Shown: positions 39,186 through 49,758, counted from the stretch's first letter. The stretch is 64,000 nt of DNA from Flavobacteriaceae bacterium (GCA_041254175.1 JBESZM010000034.1:20616-84615); one strand, 5' to 3'. Notes: generated by a model not told the origin, from the letters alone. Numbers and translations: made by a program.

Positions 39186-40466
39186 GTGAAAAAATTGAAC
39201 ATACTGGTATTGGGCAGCGGAGGTAGAGAACACACCTTTTGTTGGAAACTTGCCCAAAGTAAAACGATCGATCAACTTTTTGTAGCACCCGGAAATGCCG
39301 GTACGGCTGCATTGGCCACCAACCTTGACATAGGGGTTAACGACTTCGAGGCTCTGAAAAATGCAGTCATTCAAAACAATATAGACCTTGTGGTGGTCGG
39401 CCCTGAAGATCCATTAGTCAATGGCATCCACGATTTCTTTCTCGACGACCCTCAATTGAAAAACATTCCCCTTATCGGGCCGCAAAAGCTGGGGGCTACA
39501 CTAGAAGGAAGCAAAGAGTTTGCCAAGGCCTTTATGAGTCGACACAACATACCTACAGCTCAATACGGAAGCTTTACCCCCGAAAAAATAGAAGAAGGCT
39601 ACGCCTTTTTGGAGCAAATGAAAGCTCCCTACGTACTTAAAGCAGATGGTTTAGCTGCAGGTAAAGGAGTGCTCATTATCAATGACTTAGAAACAGCCAA
39701 AAAGGAGCTTTCCAACATGCTTTTGGATCAAAAGTTTGGTAAGGCCTCTTCCAAGGTTGTCATCGAAGAATTTTTGAGTGGGATTGAGTTGTCCTGCTTT
39801 GTTTTAACCGATGGTTCAAACTATGTCACTTTTCCAATGGCCAAGGACTACAAACGTATTGGAGAGGGAGATACTGGTTTGAATACTGGAGGAATGGGAG
39901 CTGTATCCCCGGTTCCTTTTGCGGACGAAAAGTTTTGCAAGGCCATACAAGAAACCATTGTTAAACCTACCATTGACGGACTCAAAAAAGATAATATTCC
40001 CTATGTAGGTTTTGTATTTATAGGATTGATTCGTGTAGGAGATGCCCCCTATGTTATAGAGTATAATGTTAGAATGGGAGATCCAGAGACCCAAGTCGTT
40101 TTACCCAGAATAAAAAATGACATGGCAGAAATGCTACACGCCACAGCAATGGGTAAGCTGGATCAAGTCGAGCTTATCATCGAAGATCAAAGTGCTACCA
40201 CCGTAGTAGCTGTTTCGGGTGGATATCCCGAGGACTACCAAAAAGGAAAAACAATAAAAGGCTTGCCATCTTCATCCAACAGCACCGTTTTTCAAGCGGG
40301 CACAACGCACCAAGATGGTGAAATATTGACCAATGGCGGGCGGGTATTAGCGGTCACCTCCTTGGGGGACAACCATAAAAATGCACTCTTAAAGTCCTAC
40401 CAACTGTTGAATGAGATAAGCTTTGAGGGGATGTACTTTAGAAAAGATATCGGGTTTGATCTATAA
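39186..40466 (+). CDS. purD: phosphoribosylamine--glycine ligase
   Basis: 426 aa with ILVLGSGGREH and an ATP-grasp PurD pattern. GTG start (TTG 39195 is an alternative). Confidence 0.95.
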   Translation: MKKLNILVLGSGGREHTFCWKLAQSKTIDQLFVAPGNAGTAALATNLDIGVNDFEALKNAVIQNNIDLVVVGPEDPLVNGIHDFFLDDPQLKNIPLIGPQKLGATLEGSKEFAKAFMSRHNIPTAQYGSFTPEKIEEGYAFLEQMKAPYVLKADGLAAGKGVLIINDLETAKKELSNMLLDQKFGKASSKVVIEEFLSGIELSCFVLTDGSNYVTFPMAKDYKRIGEGDTGLNTGGMGAVSPVPFADEKFCKAIQETIVKPTIDGLKKDNIPYVGFVFIGLIRVGDAPYVIEYNVRMGDPETQVVLPRIKNDMAEMLHATAMGKLDQVELIIEDQSATTVVAVSGGYPEDYQKGKTIKGLPSSSNSTVFQAGTTHQDGEILTNGGRVLAVTSLGDNHKNALLKSYQLLNEISFEGMYFRKDIGFDL

Positions 40467-40688
40467 AAATGAATGAGCAGAGGGGTCTTTGTTTTCCTCT
40501 CCACTTTTATCGAATTTTCGCAATTGTTTGATCCAATAAATGGCAGCAACAGATCCAATCGCTAGAAAAAGAAAACTCATTCCATTGGCCAACCACCAGC
40601 TAAAAGGTTCGAGTTGGGTCAGTAATTGATAGGGAAGAAACAACAGATTTTCAAACAAATTGGCAATGGCTTCGAAAAAATTTTTCAT
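40461..40688 (-). CDS. small two-TM membrane protein (DUF6341-like)
   Basis: 75 aa. Its 3' end overlaps the purD 3' end by 6 nt. A -7 box lies upstream. Confidence 0.5.
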   Translation of the reverse strand: MKNFFEAIANLFENLLFLPYQLLTQLEPFSWWLANGMSFLFLAIGSVAAIYWIKQLRKFDKSGEENKDPSAHSFL

Positions 40689-40710
40689 TAATGGTGCTTT
40701 AATTATATTG

Positions 40711-40718
40711 CAAAAGTA
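40711..40718 (-). promoter_or_regulatory. -7 box (TACTTTTG on minus strand) for the small membrane protein
   Basis: Exact TAnnTTTG, 22 nt upstream of ATG 40688. Confidence 0.45.
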
Positions 40719-40730
40719 ATAAAATTGGAT

Positions 40731-41693
40731 ATGATAGTAAAGATTTTCAAGACAATCGGTTCGAGAACATATCTTACTTCCATATTTCTTATTGTATCCA
40801 CGGTCTTATTTTCTTCGGCTATAGATAAAAGAGGGGCCCCCCTCATTGATCAGTGGCCCTCCATACTGGGTAATGTCCTACTAATGGTCACTATTATTTC
40901 AATGATAACCCTTTTGGAAATTCAAATCAAAGGAAGGATATTCGATGGGATACACTTGATCGCTTTTCCCACAACTTTTCTCTTTTTCCCCACGCTTTTC
41001 GATCTGAAAATCATCCCTATTCTGCAGGTAATTCTATTGATCTACGGACGATATGTTTTTATTAAAACCCTTCATTCCAAAAACACAGAAAAGTGGATAC
41101 TAGATTTATCCCTGATAATATCCATAGTGGTACAATTCAACTATTTTTTTTCGATATTTTATTTGATTCCCCTCATAATTCTTTTCCAAAGAGGATTAAA
41201 TGACATCAAACATGTTTTGGCTTTAGTCCTGCCGGTTTTAATCATTCCTTTTACATTCAATAGCCTTTCGGTGATCTTGCCCACCGAAACTTTTGCTTTA
41301 ATAAATCCTCCGGTTCAGACCCAACTGTTGAAAATCCATTTGCTATCCAATGGTGATTTAATCTGGTTGAGCAGCTTGCTCATATCTGCGGTGATTTGTG
41401 CCGTGCAGTTGCCAAGGGGTTATAGAAAATTTTCCTACCCTGAGCTTTTTTCAGGATTTCTTTATATGTCGTTTTGGCTAATCTTCAGCATTACTTACGG
41501 CCTATTAGGACTGCAAACCATTGATGATCGCTGGTTTATCAGTTTTGTTCCTGTAGCCTATTTTTTTGGCGGATTTCTCGAAAACATCAAATCGGATTCT
41601 TTAAAAAACATTTTTTTTACGGCATTAATTTTGGCCATTCTGATCTTCAAACTTTTCGATCATGGGATCATATCTTTAGAATTGCCTTTTTGA
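40731..41693 (+). CDS. polytopic integral membrane protein, unknown function
   Basis: About 320 aa with 8 or more hydrophobic segments. No catalytic motif recognised. Confidence 0.55.
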   Translation: MIVKIFKTIGSRTYLTSIFLIVSTVLFSSAIDKRGAPLIDQWPSILGNVLLMVTIISMITLLEIQIKGRIFDGIHLIAFPTTFLFFPTLFDLKIIPILQVILLIYGRYVFIKTLHSKNTEKWILDLSLIISIVVQFNYFFSIFYLIPLIILFQRGLNDIKHVLALVLPVLIIPFTFNSLSVILPTETFALINPPVQTQLLKIHLLSNGDLIWLSSLLISAVICAVQLPRGYRKFSYPELFSGFLYMSFWLIFSITYGLLGLQTIDDRWFISFVPVAYFFGGFLENIKSDSLKNIFFTALILAILIFKLFDHGIISLELPF

Positions 41694-41732
41694 AACTGGA
41701 AGAATTGCCGATCAAATTGTATCTTCGCACCA

Positions 41733-42365
41733 ATGAAAATCACAGACATGAGCCAACATTCTACCAGTCGACATTCCATTAAAATTTTCAAAGAGAGCAT
41801 TGATAAATACCACCTGATAGATCAGGTGAATCAAGCTTTTGAAAACCCTTATCCAGCCGATTCATTAGAGCATTTACTCTATAGAAAAAACTGGATTGAC
41901 ACCGTTCAATGGCACTATGAAGACCTCATCAGAGACCCTGAGATCGACCCTGTTGAGGGCATGAAACTCAAAAGGTTAATCGACGCTTCCAACCAAGACA
42001 GAACGGATACGGTAGAATACATCGACAGTTTTTTTCTTAATCAGTTCAAAGACGTAGAGGTCCAAAAGGGAGCCACAATAAACTCGGAAAGCCCTGCATG
42101 GGCATTGGATCGTTTGTCCATTTTGGAATTGAAGATTTATCACATGGAAGAAGAAGCCAACCGAAAGGAAGCCGGTGAATCCCATCGTGAAAAATGTAAC
42201 GCCAAGCTTCAAGTATTGCTCACCCAAAGAGAGGATTTAGGTTCCTCGATTGATGACCTCCTCAAAGACATCGCAAGCGGGTCAAAATACATGAAGGTTT
42301 ACAAACAAATGAAAATGTACAATGACGAGGACACCAACCCCATTTTGTACAAGGACAAATCCTAG
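41733..42365 (+). CDS. DUF4254 domain protein
   Basis: 210 aa, soluble, with NWIDTVQWHYEDLIR and LDRLSILELKIYHM motifs. From memory, it is typically paired with a GT9 gene in Bacteroidota. Confidence 0.6.
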   Translation: MKITDMSQHSTSRHSIKIFKESIDKYHLIDQVNQAFENPYPADSLEHLLYRKNWIDTVQWHYEDLIRDPEIDPVEGMKLKRLIDASNQDRTDTVEYIDSFFLNQFKDVEVQKGATINSESPAWALDRLSILELKIYHMEEEANRKEAGESHREKCNAKLQVLLTQREDLGSSIDDLLKDIASGSKYMKVYKQMKMYNDEDTNPILYKDKS

Positions 42366-42371
42366 CCATTC

Positions 42372-43403
42372 ATGAAAGATCCTCACCTGTTGTTGATTCG
42401 ATTTTCCGCATTGGGAGACGTAGCCATGACAGTTCCGGTGATTCGTTGTCTTTATAAAACCTATCCGGGTCTCAAAATAACTTTTGTCAGCCGACCCTAT
42501 GTCGCTCCACTTTTTCAGGAGTTTAAAAACTTTAATTTCTATCCCACAGATTTCAATGGTCGTCACAATGGGATCAAAGGCCTTTGGACTTTGTTCCAAG
42601 AACTCAAAACCATTCCTTTTTCTGCGGTTGCGGACTTGCACAGTGTTTTACGAACCCACCTGCTCTTTTTGTTTTTTGTACTGTATGGTTACAAAGTAAA
42701 GGCCATTGATAAAGGGCGATCAGAAAAAAAAGCACTTACGCGTCCGAAAAACAAAAAGTTTCAACCACTAACTCCCACGAGCTATCGCTATGCAGATGTT
42801 TTTCGAAAACTGGGTTTCCCCATTTCATTTGATCAACACGAGTTTACCGAAAAAAGAGACCTCCCCAAGTCTTTGTTAACATTATATCAGAGCAGTGAAA
42901 AAAAATGGATAGGGATTGCCCCTTATGCAGCTCATTCGGGAAAAACCTACCCTTTGGACTTGATGCAACAGGTCATTAATTTTTTGCAGAAAGATCATCA
43001 GATTTTTCTTTTTGGTGCCGGGAAAAATGAAGAAGAACGTCTAGAAGTGTGGCAAAAAGCCTACACAAATGTTTACAGCATTGTTGGAAAAATTAAGCTC
43101 AAAGAACAATTGGATCTTATGGCCTATTTGGACTTGATGATTTCTATGGATTCTGCCAATGGGCATATGGCCGCCAACGCCGGGACCAAGGTGCTTACCC
43201 TGTGGGGAATGACCCATCCTTTTTGTGGCTTTTCCCCTTTCAATCAACCCTTGGATCACGCCCTCACTTTGGACAGAAGCCAATATCCTTTGATTCCCAC
43301 CTCTGTTTATGGAAATCGCATTCCTGAAGGCTATCAGGACGCTTTCAGATCCATGGATCCTAAAACGGTGATCGAAAAAGCCCTAGAACTGTTAAAGTCC
43401 TGA
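42372..43403 (+). CDS. family 9 glycosyltransferase (heptosyltransferase-like)
   Basis: 343 aa with LLIRFSALGDVAMTVP at the N-terminus and the DSANGHMA motif. Confidence 0.85.
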   Translation: MKDPHLLLIRFSALGDVAMTVPVIRCLYKTYPGLKITFVSRPYVAPLFQEFKNFNFYPTDFNGRHNGIKGLWTLFQELKTIPFSAVADLHSVLRTHLLFLFFVLYGYKVKAIDKGRSEKKALTRPKNKKFQPLTPTSYRYADVFRKLGFPISFDQHEFTEKRDLPKSLLTLYQSSEKKWIGIAPYAAHSGKTYPLDLMQQVINFLQKDHQIFLFGAGKNEEERLEVWQKAYTNVYSIVGKIKLKEQLDLMAYLDLMISMDSANGHMAANAGTKVLTLWGMTHPFCGFSPFNQPLDHALTLDRSQYPLIPTSVYGNRIPEGYQDAFRSMDPKTVIEKALELLKS

Positions 43404-43407
43404 TTCC

Positions 43408-44445
43408 TTAAACATCATCGTAATCTACCGCCAAATGACTACTGGTGGCATGTGCTTGACAGGTTAAAATCAATCCTTCTTCAATTTCTTCATCGGTTAG
43501 AATTTGATTGGTCGCCATTACTACCGTTCCCGATTTGATCCTTGCTATACAGCTAGAGCAAACACCACCTTGACAAGAGTAAGGAACATCCAGCTGATTT
43601 TGAAGGGCAGCATCCAACACACTTTTACCCGCAGTGTTTTGGATTTTATGTGTCAGTTCGTCATAGGTGATTTCTAACGAAGCCCCTTCGGCCTTGCCTT
43701 CGATCTCTTCTGTTTTGTTTGATGAGCTGAACAATTCAAACAGAACAGCTTCTTTTTCCACACCATTGGAATACAAAATATCCGATGCGGTTTCAATCAT
43801 ACTTTCAGGTCCACACAGGTAGAATTTATCCGCAGTGTCTCCTATGAGCTTTAAGGCACCATTGATTACATTGGCTTCAACCCGCCCAAAATGACTTCCT
43901 TCTACATTCGCTCGACTGAACACCCACTGTATGGAAAGACGACCATCAAAGGCTTTTTCTAAATCCTTTAACTCATTGTAAAACATACTGTCCTCGGGTG
44001 TTTTATTGCCATAAACCAAATGAAAACGATTCTCGGGATGATCCAAAAGTGATGTTTTTAGAATCGACATTATAGGAGTAATCCCACTTCCTGCAGCAAA
44101 CCCGACCAGTGTTTGGGCTTGATCAGAGGACAAATATCGAAACCGACCATCGGGAGGGGCTACCATCATCAGGTCATCTTCATGCAACGATCGATTGGCA
44201 TAGGTAGAAAAAACACCTTCTGGAACTTCTTTGATGCCCACCTGAAGCCCTTCGTCGATACCACTACAAATGGAATAGGAGCGTCTTACTAATTTTTCGT
44301 TTATCTTTGTTTCGAGAGTCAGGTATTGCCCCGCTTCAAATCGAAACCTTTCTTTTTCCGTCTCAGGAACCTCAAAAGAGATCAAGACTGCATTTGTAGT
44401 ATTTTTGGTGATCTTTGAGATCACCAAAGGGTACATCTCTGGCAT
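43408..44445 (-). CDS. ferredoxin-NAD(P) reductase with C-terminal 2Fe-2S domain (PaaE-like)
   Basis: 345 aa with RSYSICS (FAD), GSGITP (NAD) and a C-x4-C-x2-C cluster (CQGGVCSSC). Confidence 0.85.
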   Translation of the reverse strand: MPEMYPLVISKITKNTTNAVLISFEVPETEKERFRFEAGQYLTLETKINEKLVRRSYSICSGIDEGLQVGIKEVPEGVFSTYANRSLHEDDLMMVAPPDGRFRYLSSDQAQTLVGFAAGSGITPIMSILKTSLLDHPENRFHLVYGNKTPEDSMFYNELKDLEKAFDGRLSIQWVFSRANVEGSHFGRVEANVINGALKLIGDTADKFYLCGPESMIETASDILYSNGVEKEAVLFELFSSSNKTEEIEGKAEGASLEITYDELTHKIQNTAGKSVLDAALQNQLDVPYSCQGGVCSSCIARIKSGTVVMATNQILTDEEIEEGLILTCQAHATSSHLAVDYDDV

Positions 44446-44485
44446 AGCGTTTTTTTTGCTTGTAAAGTTATTTTAAAAAAAAAGA

Positions 44486-45958
44486 ATGACAATATTAAAA
44501 TTTTGGCAACTGTCGATCAAGGCGTTTTTTAGAGCCCCTCAATGGGAAGTAGCCATTATCGCTAAAATTTTCTTGGGTTTATTTGCAGCCTATATGTTTG
44601 CCTCTATTTTGGTCATAGGGGTAGGTATTTATTACATTTTAGGACGAACATTTCCTGAACATTCGACCATAGACATTATCAATCAGGGGGTTTTCTTTAT
44701 GTTTTTGATTGAATTCATTGGGCGTTTCTTTTTTCAGCAACCACCGACCACCCATGTTCAATCATGGATGCTGTTACCGATAAAAAAGAACAAAATCCTC
44801 AACGATATGTTGTTCCGTTCATTGTTGAACCCCTTTAACTATACTCCTTGGTTATTGTATTTTCCCATTGCGGTAGTGAGGGTTATCGAAGGCACTTCTT
44901 GGACGACATCACTAATCTGGTTTTTCCACCTTTTATGCATCACCTTGATCCTTAACTATTTGATTTTTTTGATCAATAAAAGCAATCGTTTTTTTATTTC
45001 GACTTTGGTATTGGTCATCCTGGGAATTAGTTTGGAGTTTTATACCGACTTTTCGTCTTATAAAATTTTTGCTACCGGATTGAATTGGTTGGAGCAAAAC
45101 CCAATTTCATTATTAATCACAGCTGGTTTGCTGGTTTTGATTTACAGAATTACGTATCAATTTTTGAAGTCACGTTTTTATTTGGACATGGGTCTGGCCA
45201 AAAAATCTGAAAAAGTTCTTCGATTGGGTTTTGCTTTTTTGGGAGGTTATGGAAGGATAGGGGCTTTCTTAAAAAACGATTTGAGACTTCTTCTGCGCAA
45301 CGCAAGGCCCAAACAGGTACTCCTCATTGCATTTATGTTCCTTTTTTACGGTCTACTCTTTTTTTCAATGGAGATGTATAGAAATAATTCGATCATATTG
45401 GTTTTTGCAGCCATCTTCATTACAGGAGGTTTTTCTTTCACTTATGGCCAACAAGTCCCCTCATGGGACAGTGAATATTACCCCTTGTTAATGACCCAAA
45501 ACCTTACCTACAGGGAATACCTGGACTCCAAATGGTGGCTGATGTTCGGCTCGGTTGTCATCTCTTTGATCCTTTCTACTTTCTATTTGATTTTTGGGTG
45601 GAAAACTTATCTCTATGTTTTTACTGGAGCCATCTACAATCTTGGGGTAGGGTCATTAATCACCCTTTACTCCGGGGCATTCTTTAATGTTCCTGTCAAA
45701 CTCAATGTCAAGGCCAAGGCCTTTACCAACACCAAGGCCTTCAGTTTGACGCAGTTGTTGTTTACATTTCCAAAACTGGGATTACCCATTTTGTTCTTTT
45801 TTATTCCCGATTTTTTTGTAGGTGGATATGCGGGTTGGATCACACTGATCGTAACCGGACTTCTGGGCGTTGTCTTGAGAAAGCTCGTCCTCAATCACAT
45901 CGCTAAGATTTACCGCAACCGCAAATACAAAACCATTGAAGCATTCTCAAAAAATTAA
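44486..45958 (+). CDS. DUF5687-like polytopic membrane protein (putative ABC-2 permease partner)
   Basis: 490 aa with 10 or more TMs. It ends 4 nt before the downstream ABC ATPase ATG at 45963. Confidence 0.55.
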   Translation: MTILKFWQLSIKAFFRAPQWEVAIIAKIFLGLFAAYMFASILVIGVGIYYILGRTFPEHSTIDIINQGVFFMFLIEFIGRFFFQQPPTTHVQSWMLLPIKKNKILNDMLFRSLLNPFNYTPWLLYFPIAVVRVIEGTSWTTSLIWFFHLLCITLILNYLIFLINKSNRFFISTLVLVILGISLEFYTDFSSYKIFATGLNWLEQNPISLLITAGLLVLIYRITYQFLKSRFYLDMGLAKKSEKVLRLGFAFLGGYGRIGAFLKNDLRLLLRNARPKQVLLIAFMFLFYGLLFFSMEMYRNNSIILVFAAIFITGGFSFTYGQQVPSWDSEYYPLLMTQNLTYREYLDSKWWLMFGSVVISLILSTFYLIFGWKTYLYVFTGAIYNLGVGSLITLYSGAFFNVPVKLNVKAKAFTNTKAFSLTQLLFTFPKLGLPILFFFIPDFFVGGYAGWITLIVTGLLGVVLRKLVLNHIAKIYRNRKYKTIEAFSKN

Positions 45959-45962
45959 GCTT

Positions 45963-46658
45963 ATGATTAGCATTGAAAATCTCACCAAAACGTATGAAAA
46001 TAAGGAAGTCCTAAACATTGATCAATTAAGCATCAAAAAAGGAGAAAGGTTTGGCCTGGTGGGCAATAACGGTGCCGGAAAAACAACCCTTTTTAATTTG
46101 ATTTTGGATTTGGTCAAGCCCAATACCGGACAAGTACTTAACAACAATGTCCCTGTTCACCAAAGTGAAGACTGGAAAAAACATACTGCAGCCTTTATCG
46201 ATGAAGGATTTTTAATCGGCTATCTCACACCCGAGGAATACTTTTATTTTGTTGGGGAGTTAAGGGGGCTCAATGAGTCTCAGGTGGACAGTTGGCTGGA
46301 GGAATTTGAAGTCTTTTTCAATGGTGAAGTCTTAGGCCAAAAAAAATACATTCGAAACCTTTCGAAAGGAAACCAAAAAAAGGTTGGTTTAGTGTCTGCT
46401 TTTTTGGGAAATCCCCAATGTGTGATATTGGATGAGCCTTTTGCTAATCTCGATCCCAGTTCCCAAATTCGATTTAAAGAAATTGTCAAAAAGCAAATTG
46501 AAAACCGCACCACTACTTTTTTGATTTCCAGTCATGATTTAAATCATGTTACTGAGGTTTGCGAAAGGATCGTTTTACTGGAAAAAGGATTGCCCATAAA
46601 AGATCTTACAACTGATTCGGACACCTTTACTCAATTGGAGTCCTATTTTAAGGTTTAG
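45963..46658 (+). CDS. ABC transporter ATP-binding protein
   Basis: Walker A GNNGAGKT, signature LSKGNQKK and Walker B VILDEP. Confidence 0.9.
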   Translation: MISIENLTKTYENKEVLNIDQLSIKKGERFGLVGNNGAGKTTLFNLILDLVKPNTGQVLNNNVPVHQSEDWKKHTAAFIDEGFLIGYLTPEEYFYFVGELRGLNESQVDSWLEEFEVFFNGEVLGQKKYIRNLSKGNQKKVGLVSAFLGNPQCVILDEPFANLDPSSQIRFKEIVKKQIENRTTTFLISSHDLNHVTEVCERIVLLEKGLPIKDLTTDSDTFTQLESYFKV

Positions 46659-46705
46659 TTATACTAAATTAAATCTTTTAGAGTTATATAAATAAACGTT
46701 TTCCA

Positions 46706-49195
46706 TTGAAAAAAGCAGTGCATTTTTTGGCGGCAGGAACAGGGATCATGCTTATTTTATGGGGCTGTTCTACCCAAAAAAACAAAATGCTCAACCGGGG
46801 ATACCATTCCCTAAACACCCAATACAATGTACTTTTTAATGGAAAGGAAGCCTTCAAAGTGGGGCAATCCATTTTGGAGCAAGCCCACGATGACAACTTC
46901 TTCGAATTTTTACAGGTGGAGCCCATTGCCCTCAACGGGGAGCGCATGGACCAAACCACGATTGTGCCCGGTTTTGGTCGTGCTGAGGAAAAAGCCGTAA
47001 AAGCCATCCAAAAGCACTCCATGAACATCAATGGTATACAGCGCAACAATAAAATAGATGAAGCCTATTTACTTTTGGGCAAAGCCCGCTATTATGACCG
47101 ACGTTTTTTCCCTGCCATGGAAGCCTTTAATTATTTATTGGAAAATTATGCTGATAGCAAAACCTATGTCGAAGGAAGAATATGGAGAGAAAAAACCAAC
47201 ATTAGATTGAGGAATAATGAGCTTGCGATAAAAAATCTCAGAAGTCTGGCCCGATCCATAACTCCAAGTAGTAAATTCCATAGCCCGGCCAACGCTGCCA
47301 TATCCCAAGCCTTTATCAACATCAAACAACTGGATTCGGCGATTTACTACATCAGAAACGCTGCCCTGACTGCCAAAAACAACCGTGACAAAGGACGTTA
47401 TTATTTCCTGTCCGGCCAGCTATACGAAAATCTCAAAAAACCTGATTCTGCCCTCTGGGCCTTTGAACAAGTCGTGGGACTCAAAAGAAAAACCCCCAGA
47501 AAATACTGGATCAATGCCCAGATCAAAAGACTACAAATCAGAAGTCGACGCGACAGCTTGGACCCCATGGAGTCCTATGAAAAACTCGCCAATAATTATG
47601 AAAACTACATTTTTGACCACTGGATCAATCGCGCCATAGGCATTCACTATTTTCAGCAACAGCAAGACAGCCTAGGAGAATACTACCTCGGTCAATCTTT
47701 AAAATCTGAAAATCTCGATTTACCCACCAAACAGGCCAATTACAGAGATCTGGCCAATTTCAATTTTGCCGGAGGCAATTACGTCCCTACAGGTGCCTAT
47801 CTGGACAGTCTCCTCAACACATTGCCTGAAGAAACATTGATCAAAAGAAGGACACAAAGAGAAAGAGACAACCTTAACGCTGTAATCAAATACGAAAACA
47901 TAGTACAAACCACAGACAGTCTGATCTATCTCAGCACACTGGACAAAGATGCTCAAATGGAGTACTTTCAAAAGTATATTGAAAAGAAAGAGGCCCAAGC
48001 AATGGCAAAAGTTACTTCAGAAGAAAAGGGAATCTTTCCCTTTTTTGGCAGAGGTGCTCAAGCCAACACCTTTTATTTTTACAACCCCAAGCTGGTGGTT
48101 CAAGGTCAACAAAAATTCCTCTCTACATGGGGAGACCGACCCAATACAGACAATTGGGCGATTGCATCGGCCATCAGTTCAATTCGTGAGGAATCTCGCG
48201 GAGTCAAAGAAGAAAAACAGACAAAAAACGAAACTTTTTTTGTTGAGAAACCTGAGAATTATGTGAATGCATTGCCCCAGACCAAAATAGAAATCGACAG
48301 CATCAAAAAGCTAAACCAGAATGCCTATCTACAGTTGGGGATGATTTATAAAGAGAGTTTTAAAAACTACCCTCTGGCACAAGACCGATTGGAACATTTG
48401 CTTCGGCTCAATCTACCGGGAGAGATCGCAGCCTCTGCACTTTATCATCTCTATAAAATTGATGAAAACGGATGGCCTCAAAAAGCAAAGCAATACTACA
48501 ACCGTATAGTACAAAACCATCCGGATTCGCCCTACGCCAAAATTCTTACCAACCCGGACGAATTTGGCCAGTCGGATCTCCAAACCCCGGAAAACGTTTA
48601 TGAGAGTTTGTTCAAAATCTATCAAAAAGGAGATTTTGATCAATTGGAAGAAAAAGCGAAATCTTTTCGAGTATTGCTCAGCGGGACTGCTGTTCAGCCA
48701 AAATTCGACCTGTTGATGGCCAATTTTCAGGGCCGTTTAAAAGGAAGACAGCAGTGGCAAAAAGAATTATTAAACATTTCACAAAAATATCCCGAATCCC
48801 CCGAGGCCATCAAAGCCCTTGAGATGATCGGGCAAATAAAAGGGACCGATTCCATTAAAAAAGACAACATAATATATCTCAATTACAAATGGATTTTTAC
48901 TTTTAAAGTCAAGGACACAGCTTCTCTAAGAAAAATAAAAAACAAACTCCAAGATGCTTTGGAGGAAACCCCCGACTCAAGATGGTTTTTGTCTGAGGAC
49001 CGATTCGATCAGAATCAAACCTATTTGGTTTTGCATGGAATTCGCAACAGAAGAAAGCTCAATGAGTGGAAAAAGAGGTTTGATGGGGCCGAGCAAGAAT
49101 TCTCAAGTACAAATAATTTTGTAGTTTTATCGGCCGATTACAAAAAAATGTTTTTGGACAAAACACAATTTACCAATGAAAAACAACGAGATTAA
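46706..49195 (+). CDS. TPR-containing lipoprotein, PorW/SprE-like (type IX secretion/gliding)
   Basis: 829 aa with lipobox LWGCS. The N-terminal NRGYHSLNTQYNVLFNG resembles the PorW/SprE family as I recall it, with multiple TPR-like helices. TTG start. Confidence 0.55.
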   Translation: MKKAVHFLAAGTGIMLILWGCSTQKNKMLNRGYHSLNTQYNVLFNGKEAFKVGQSILEQAHDDNFFEFLQVEPIALNGERMDQTTIVPGFGRAEEKAVKAIQKHSMNINGIQRNNKIDEAYLLLGKARYYDRRFFPAMEAFNYLLENYADSKTYVEGRIWREKTNIRLRNNELAIKNLRSLARSITPSSKFHSPANAAISQAFINIKQLDSAIYYIRNAALTAKNNRDKGRYYFLSGQLYENLKKPDSALWAFEQVVGLKRKTPRKYWINAQIKRLQIRSRRDSLDPMESYEKLANNYENYIFDHWINRAIGIHYFQQQQDSLGEYYLGQSLKSENLDLPTKQANYRDLANFNFAGGNYVPTGAYLDSLLNTLPEETLIKRRTQRERDNLNAVIKYENIVQTTDSLIYLSTLDKDAQMEYFQKYIEKKEAQAMAKVTSEEKGIFPFFGRGAQANTFYFYNPKLVVQGQQKFLSTWGDRPNTDNWAIASAISSIREESRGVKEEKQTKNETFFVEKPENYVNALPQTKIEIDSIKKLNQNAYLQLGMIYKESFKNYPLAQDRLEHLLRLNLPGEIAASALYHLYKIDENGWPQKAKQYYNRIVQNHPDSPYAKILTNPDEFGQSDLQTPENVYESLFKIYQKGDFDQLEEKAKSFRVLLSGTAVQPKFDLLMANFQGRLKGRQQWQKELLNISQKYPESPEAIKALEMIGQIKGTDSIKKDNIIYLNYKWIFTFKVKDTASLRKIKNKLQDALEETPDSRWFLSEDRFDQNQTYLVLHGIRNRRKLNEWKKRFDGAEQEFSSTNNFVVLSADYKKMFLDKTQFTNEKQRD

Positions 49196-49574
49196 CGGCC
49201 ACTACAGCCGAATAGAAAGTTCCACCAAAGTTAAGGGAGAAATTCTCTCTGAAGGAGATTTCAGAATTGATGGAACCCTCGAGGGATCAATTAAAACCAA
49301 AGGGAAAGTCGTAGTGGGCAAGGACGGTAGTGTAAAAGGAGCAGTGAGTTGCTCCAATGCTGATGTTGAAGGAAAAATCAACGGTAACCTATTCGTGTCC
49401 CAAACCCTTAGCCTCAGATCGACAAGCGTCATTGACGGTGATGTTGTGATTGGGAAATTGATCGTAGAGTCTGGTGCCACCTTCAACGCCACCTGCTCCA
49501 TGAACAAAGAGGGTAAAAAAGCAGACTTTAAGCTGGTTAAAAAACCCGACGAAACCCATGAAAAAACAGCCTAG
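49176..49574 (+). CDS. bactofilin (polymer-forming cytoskeletal protein)
   Basis: 132 aa of beta-helical repeats (VKGEILSEGDFRIDGTLEGSI, VEGKINGNLFV, IDGDVVIGKLIVESGA). Overlaps the upstream gene by 20 nt. Confidence 0.8.
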   Translation: MKNNEINGHYSRIESSTKVKGEILSEGDFRIDGTLEGSIKTKGKVVVGKDGSVKGAVSCSNADVEGKINGNLFVSQTLSLRSTSVIDGDVVIGKLIVESGATFNATCSMNKEGKKADFKLVKKPDETHEKTA

Positions 49575-49758
49575 AAATTGGCTGATCTTTTCCGGACTTG
49601 CTTTTCAAATCGCTACAGTCATGTATATTATGATTTATTTGGGAGGCTGGATACAAGAAAAATGGGACATTACATCCAAATGGCCTAGCCTGGTCACCTC
49701 ATCCATAGGGTTGGTTTTGGTACTGCTCATCATCATTAAACAAGGCAATAGAAGCTGA
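49558..49758 (+). CDS. AtpZ/AtpI family small membrane protein
   Basis: 66 aa with two TMs. Overlaps the bactofilin gene by 17 nt. Confidence 0.65.
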   Translation: MKKQPRNWLIFSGLAFQIATVMYIMIYLGGWIQEKWDITSKWPSLVTSSIGLVLVLLIIIKQGNRS

